Shown here: in pieces, positions 34,495 to 39,728 of the stretch | Layout of the letters: each line of letters opens with the position of its first letter | Numbering within the stretch: the first letter of the stretch is position 1 | Origin: Octopus bimaculoides | Taxonomy: Eukaryota | Assembly: GCF_001194135.2 (NCBI RefSeq) | Contig: NC_068984.1 | Span: 118,413,280 to 118,453,007, forward strand | Direction: 5' to 3' | Length of the DNA: 39,728 nt | Position numbers and translations under genes: made by a program | The notes under the pieces: generated by a model | What the model was told of the DNA's origin: nothing | Database searches by the model: none | What the model saw: only the letters and a program-made list of their open reading frames with translations

Positions 34495-34528
34495 CAACTG
34501 AAAAAGTTGCAGAGGCAACTGAAAAAGT
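34495..34528 (-). promoter_or_regulatory. Tandem candidate splice acceptors of an ANAPC10 5'UTR intron
   Basis: ACTTTTTCAG|TTG occurs twice, 21 nt apart, just upstream of the ATG, and is preceded by a long pyrimidine tract. Confidence 0.55.
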
Positions 34529-35061
34529 AAAGTATTCATTAAAAAAAAAGAAAATAGGAAAATTGAAACTTTTAACTTTTAATCAACATTAAAAAACTTC
34601 TTTTGTTACTATATTTCTGATGAAATATACTTTTTGTTTCAATTAATTTTGGAAATAATGAAGAAATTAATAAAATAACTTTAGCATTATTAAAATGGTG
34701 TTTTGAACATAACTGAACACACACACACACACAGAGGCCTTCTTTCAGTTTCTGTTTACCAAATCCTGCCTGCATCTATTGTTTAGATTATTATTTTATT
34801 CATCATCATCATCATCATCTTCATCATTATTGTTTTATGTCCACTTTTCCATGTTCACATGGAACAGATGAAGTTTGTTGAAGTAGATTTTATACCACTG
34901 CATAGTCCTGTTACCAAGCCTTACCTGTCTCTAAGTAAGATAATATATCCCTATGCCTAGACATATTTTCGTGGGGGATAGAAATTGAAGGACACCATTT
35001 GTATGCAGGTGAAATTCGTTTACAACTGCAATGTGGTATATATATATATATATATATATAT

Positions 35062-35225
35062 ATGACAAGTTTCTTTCAGTTTCTGTCTATCAAATCCAGT
35101 CACAAGGCTTTGCTCAACCTGGGGCTCTAGTAGAAGATTCTTCTCTAAGGTACCATGCTGTAGAATTGAACCCAGAACCTTGTAGTTGAGAAGTAAATTT
35201 CTCAATCACACAGCCATGTCTGTAT
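35062..35225 (-). mobile_element. SINE family A, 5' half
   Basis: Contains TTTCTTTCAGTTTCTGTCTATCAAATCCAGTCACAAGGC...CACACAGCCATG. Confidence 0.7.
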
Positions 35226-35334
35226 CTTTTATCATGGGAGCCAGTGCCTGGTACTGCATCAGAGCATTTATTATTACTATTATTATTATTTCCCCTCCCT
35301 CAAAATTTCAGGCTTTGCGCCTATTATAGAAAGG

Positions 35335-35369
<35 letters not shown>

Positions 35370-35587
35370 AAAGGTGGCAAGCTGGAAGAACAGTGAGCAC
35401 ACTGGGAAAAGTGCTTAGTGGCATTTCGTCCATCTTTATGGTCTGAGTTTAAATTCCGCTAAGGTTGACTTTGCTTTTCATCCTTTTGGCGGGGGTCGAT
35501 AAAATAAATACCAGTTCAGCACTGGGATCAATGTAATCAACGTACCCCCTCCCCCAAATTAACAGCCTTGTGCCAAAATTTGAAACC
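35370..35587 (+). mobile_element. SINE family C
   Basis: Runs from AAGGTGGCAAGCTGGAAGAAC to GTGCCAAAATTTGAAACC, flanked by (ATT)n. Confidence 0.7.
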
Positions 35588-36568
35588 ATTATTATTATTA
35601 TTATTATTAAGGTGGTGAGATAGCACAATTGCTGGCATATCAGAAAAAATACTAAGTGAAATTTCTTCTAGTTCTTTACATTCTGATTTCTAAAACCACC
35701 CAGGTCAACTTTGCCTTTCTATAAAACAAAGTACCAGTCATGTCCTGGGGTGGGGGGTGTAATTGACGAACCCCTTCCCCTCAAAATTTCTGGCATGAAA
35801 CCATTATTATTAGAAGTACTACCACTACTCCTCTATTGGCTATATCATTGCATAATATATCAAGTGACATTGCATTGTCATTTGATATATATTAATTGTT
35901 GTTATAACAACTTCAGACAACAATTAACTTTTTAGTTTGTTTTTATTTTATCTTTATTTTAAAATGATAATAGAATCTAATTTGAATCGAAAAGCAATTA
36001 GACGGTCATATTTGTTTCTCTAATTTAGCTGGAGGCAGAATGAAATCAATGCAATTGCTGTTTAACTTGAATTCCTGTGGGTTGATGGCTGTAAGAACAA
36101 CAAGGGCAGAGAGCAATTCCAGAGGATAGCAGCTCAGAATATGAAAGAATGAGTTAATGGCAAGATTTGGTAAATGAAATATAGTATGATTGGTTGATGA
36201 AGAGAGGTAAATGTATCACAATAACTGGGCTGAAGAGAGAGACACATCCTGCTAATTCAAGAGTACAGACCCTGTTGGAGTAACAGAATAAAAAGCAGAG
36301 ATACCGTTGTGTGACACTGGTTAATAAGTGTATTCATGGACTGCTGAGTGAATCTTTGCCAATCAATTGGTGACCGTCTTTGGCATGCAGTCGGGGATGT
36401 ATGCACTATTGCAGACATGTGAGAAATACTGAAAGTAAGTTGCACTTCAGTTTTGTGTAAAATGAGCAACAAATTAGAGGTAAAGTAGTTTCTAGCAATG
36501 AAAAGAATCTGTTCTTTGGAATGCAGTTTTGAAAATGTCATGTGTGTGTGTGTGTGTGTGTATATATA

Positions 36569-37050
36569 CAGAGTGCAATGGGTAAATTGCTGCCACTTTA
36601 TATTTTTAATTTTGCACACGTGCAGTATTTTTGATTTTGTTGACTACACAGTTAGTTGGGCACTGTCTGTGAGAAGAACAGCACCATGATGCAATTCACT
36701 CTGCCAGAAATTTGGAAATGACATGCTGTACTGCTTGGCATTTGTGCCAGAAACTCCAATATGAACTTTTCAGAGTGTTTGGCTGTCAATTTGAGGACAG
36801 TGCAGAGGATTCAGAAAGAGTTGGATGAGTCTAATGGTGATTATGAAGGTATGGCAGCTTGGAAAACTCACTCTGATCATTCTGATAAGAAAAGAACTCA
36901 TGAATTTGCTGACAACGATCCCTCCAAGTCAATCAGATTAATTGTCAAGAACATGGGAGTGTCTGAGTTTCTTATCAGGCAGGTAGTGCATGAAGACATT
37001 CGGTATTCTTCGTACAAGATGAGAAAGTTCCAGTTTTTATCCCAAGCTGA
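36569..37050 (+). mobile_element. Tc1/mariner-superfamily left end with N-terminal HTH region
   Basis: TA|CAGAGTGCAATGGGTAAATTG terminus. The ORF reads ...VNLRTVQRIQKEL...SIRLIVKNMGVSEFLIRQVVHEDIRYSSYKMRK.QFLS. The subfamily (possibly maT-like) is uncertain. Confidence 0.72.
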
Positions 37051-37637
37051 TGTAGTTTAACTCTTTTTTTTTTTTTCAAGGCTTCAGCACCAAGTTTGAG
37101 AAACTAGCTTCGAATCGATTTGTGGTCATCGAATATTCTTTCGAGGATGAAGACTCCTACTTTGCAACACTTCAGCGCATGCCTGTTGACCGTTTTCTGC
37201 ATTTTAGCTTGTCTTACAAAGTCCATTTGAAAAATTCAAATTTGATTGCAAAGACTTCAAATCTGATGGCAAAGAATCCAAACTAGATTGAAAACGTCTA
37301 TATAAATATATATCTATACAAACATTTATATATATACAAACATTTATNNNNNNNNNNNNNNNNNNNNNNNNNNNNNNNNNNNNNNNNNNNNNNNNNNNNN
37401 NNNNNNNNNNNNNNNNNNNNNNNNNNNNNNNNNNNNNNNNNNNNNNNNNNNNNNNNNNNNNNNNNNNNNNNNNNNNNNNNNNNNNNNNNNNNNNNNNNNN
37501 NNNNNNNNNNNNNNNNNNNNNNNNNNNNNNNNNNNNNNNNNNNNNNNNNNNNNNNNNNNNNNNNNNNNNNNNNNNNNNNNNNNNNNNNNNNNNNNNNNNN
37601 NNNNNNNNNNNNNNNNNNNNNNNNNNNNNNNNNNNNN

Positions 37638-37668
<31 letters not shown>

Positions 37669-37839
37669 AAATTCAGTTTAATTGCTTATCCTCATTAGAT
37701 ATTTTACTCATGGTTATGATGATCATCAGAGATCATGCCAGTTCTTATCGCAGTCATTTGGACAATTAACCGTAGTCTAATGACATTTTATATACCACAT
37801 GTCAAATTTAACTGGCACCCTGTTCATTACAATAATGAG

Positions 37840-38130
37840 GGTTCCACTTGATCCAATCGACGGAACAGCCTGCTCATGAAATTAATGTGCAAGTGACTGA
37901 GCACTCCCCAGACACATGTACCCTTAGTTCTCAAGAAGATTCATGGTGACACAGAATGTAACAAGGCTGACCCTTTGAAATACTGGTACTACTCATTTTT
38001 GCCAGCTGAGTGGACTGGAGCAACATAATATAAAGTGTCTTGCTCAGGAACACAACACATCACTGGGAATTGAACTCATGACCTTACGATCATGAGCTGA
38101 ATACCCTAACGACTAAGCCACATGCCTTCA
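37840..38130 (-). mobile_element. Diverged SINE: family D head joined to a family B-like 3' part
   Basis: About 37975-38130 matches family D. About 37840-37980 matches the family B tail (GGAACAGCCTGCTCATGAAATTAA). Confidence 0.6.
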
Positions 38131-38442
38131 CATGCCAAACACAATTTTAATGAAGCTTTATTTAACTGCTTTAACATCTAATATATTTCATTTTTAAGAT
38201 GGTATACCATAAGACATGGTATACCATAAGATTTACTTCTACCAAATCTGTTTAACATGTTGGATAGGGTTACTAAGTAGAGTAGTGGTTAAGAGGAAGA
38301 GGGGAAAGTTGTGGGTGGTTCTTTCAAAATTAGGTAATAAAACCAAACATATCTCTGACACAAATATTTTATCTGCTTTATACTCAAGCTGGCCAGATCC
38401 AGCTTGTCACACCTATCCCACAATATCATTCTAAAAATTAAC

Positions 38443-39115
38443 AGGTGCAGGCATGGCTGTATGTTAAGAAGCTTACTTCCCAACCACGTGGTTCCAGGTA
38501 CAGTCCTCTGTGTGGCACTTTGGGCAAGAGTCTCCTACTATGGCCTTGGGCTGACCAAAGCTTTGTGAGTGGATTTGGTAGACAGAAACTGAAAGAAGTT
38601 TAGGCGGTGCTCCAGCATGGCCACAATCAAAATAACTGAAACAAATAATAGAATGTGTGTGTGTGTGTCATTGTGTGTGTATGTGTTTGTCCCCCACCAC
38701 TGTTTGATAACCAGTGTTGATGTGTTTACATCCCTTTTAATAATCCTTTCAACTATAGGCACAAGGCCTGAAATTTTGGGGGAAGGGGCAAGTTCATTAA
38801 ATCGACCCCAGTATGCAACTGGTAGTTAATTTATCGACCTCCAAAAGGATGAACGGCAAAGTCGACCTGGGTGAAATTTGAACTCAGAATGTAGTGGCAG
38901 ACGAAGTACCGCTAAGCATTTTGCCCAGCTGGCTAATGATTCTGCCAGCTCACCACCTTGTTTACATCTCCGTAACTTAGTGGTTTGGTAAAAGAGACTG
39001 ATAGAATAAGTATTAGGCTTTAAAAAAAATTAATAAGTATTGGGGTCGATTCATTCAACTTAAGGAAGTGCACCGGCATGGCCGCAGTCTAATGATTGAA
39101 ACAAATAAGGATAAG
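38443..39115 (+). mobile_element. SINE family A interrupted by a nested family C SINE
   Basis: Family A head lies at about 38443. The body resumes after 38968. Confidence 0.75.
38733..38958 (-). mobile_element. SINE family C nested in family A
   Basis: 10-bp TSD TGTTTACATC at 38723-38732 and 38959-38968. Confidence 0.8.
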
Positions 39116-39360
39116 AAAGATAAGAAATCTTGAAGCTCCAAGATAATGCATGGATTAATCCATATCTATGAATAAATAAGCAATACATTTAACCCTTTAG
39201 GTAAGGGGTTAATCCTTTAGGTAAGGGGTTAAATTAACAGCTTTCACTTAATTTCTCTAAAACAAATCCTACAAATGTGTGACATAGGGAAGCAGGTATC
39301 CATTGAAACTGGTTCAATTGTTTACAACTGTCTCCAGCCTATCAGATTCTTTAGTTACCA

Positions 39361-39728
39361 TGTTGGCAATCTGTCACTTACGACGTCGAGGGTTCCAGTT
39401 GATCCGATCAACGGAACAGCCGGCTCGTGAAATTAATGTGCAAGTGGCTGAGCACTCCACAGACACGTGTACCCTTAACGTAGTTCTTGGGGATATTCAG
39501 CGTGACACAGTGTGACAAGGCTGGCCCTTTGAGTTACAGGCACAACAGAAACAGGAAGTAAGAGTGAGAGAAAGTTGTGGTGAAATAGTACAGCAGAGTT
39601 CGCCACCATCCCCTGCCGGAGCCTCGTGGAGCTTTAGGTGTTTTCGCTCAATAAACACTCACAACGCCCAGTCTGGGAATCGAAACCGCGATCCTATGTC
39701 CGCTACCCTAACCACTGGGCCATTGTGC
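39361..39728 (-). mobile_element. SINE family B, runs to the window end
   Basis: Reverse complement of the 23265 copy, with an internal deletion in the head. Confidence 0.85.

Overview
This is AT-rich, microsatellite- and repeat-dense eukaryotic DNA with several N gaps. The SINE/MITE repertoire looks like an octopus (coleoid cephalopod) genome, which is my inference. One host gene is well supported: ANAPC10 (APC10/DOC1) on the minus strand. It has three coding exons (34372-34486, 29423-29585, 27302-27581) with canonical GT-AG junctions, giving a complete 185-aa protein. The rest is transposon debris: four tRNA-headed SINE families, RTE and CR1-type LINE relics, a Gypsy RT-RNaseH relic, several Tc1/mariner fragments, a piggyBac-like TTAA MITE, a probable Helitron 5' fragment, and a PHD-finger non-LTR relic. 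The most interesting observations are: (1) a TSD-flanked element combining a tRNA-like Pol III head, an (AAT)n tract, a Penelope-type minimal hammerhead ribozyme motif and a fold-back 5' end; (2) APC10 ending in Phe-Lys instead of the canonical Ile-Arg tail; (3) a ~190-bp segment apparently copied from 3.7 kb away into a mariner transposase, with a 16-bp duplication. Repeat boundaries were read by eye and are approximate unless TSD or TIR positions are given. Family names rest on recalled motifs, not database searches.
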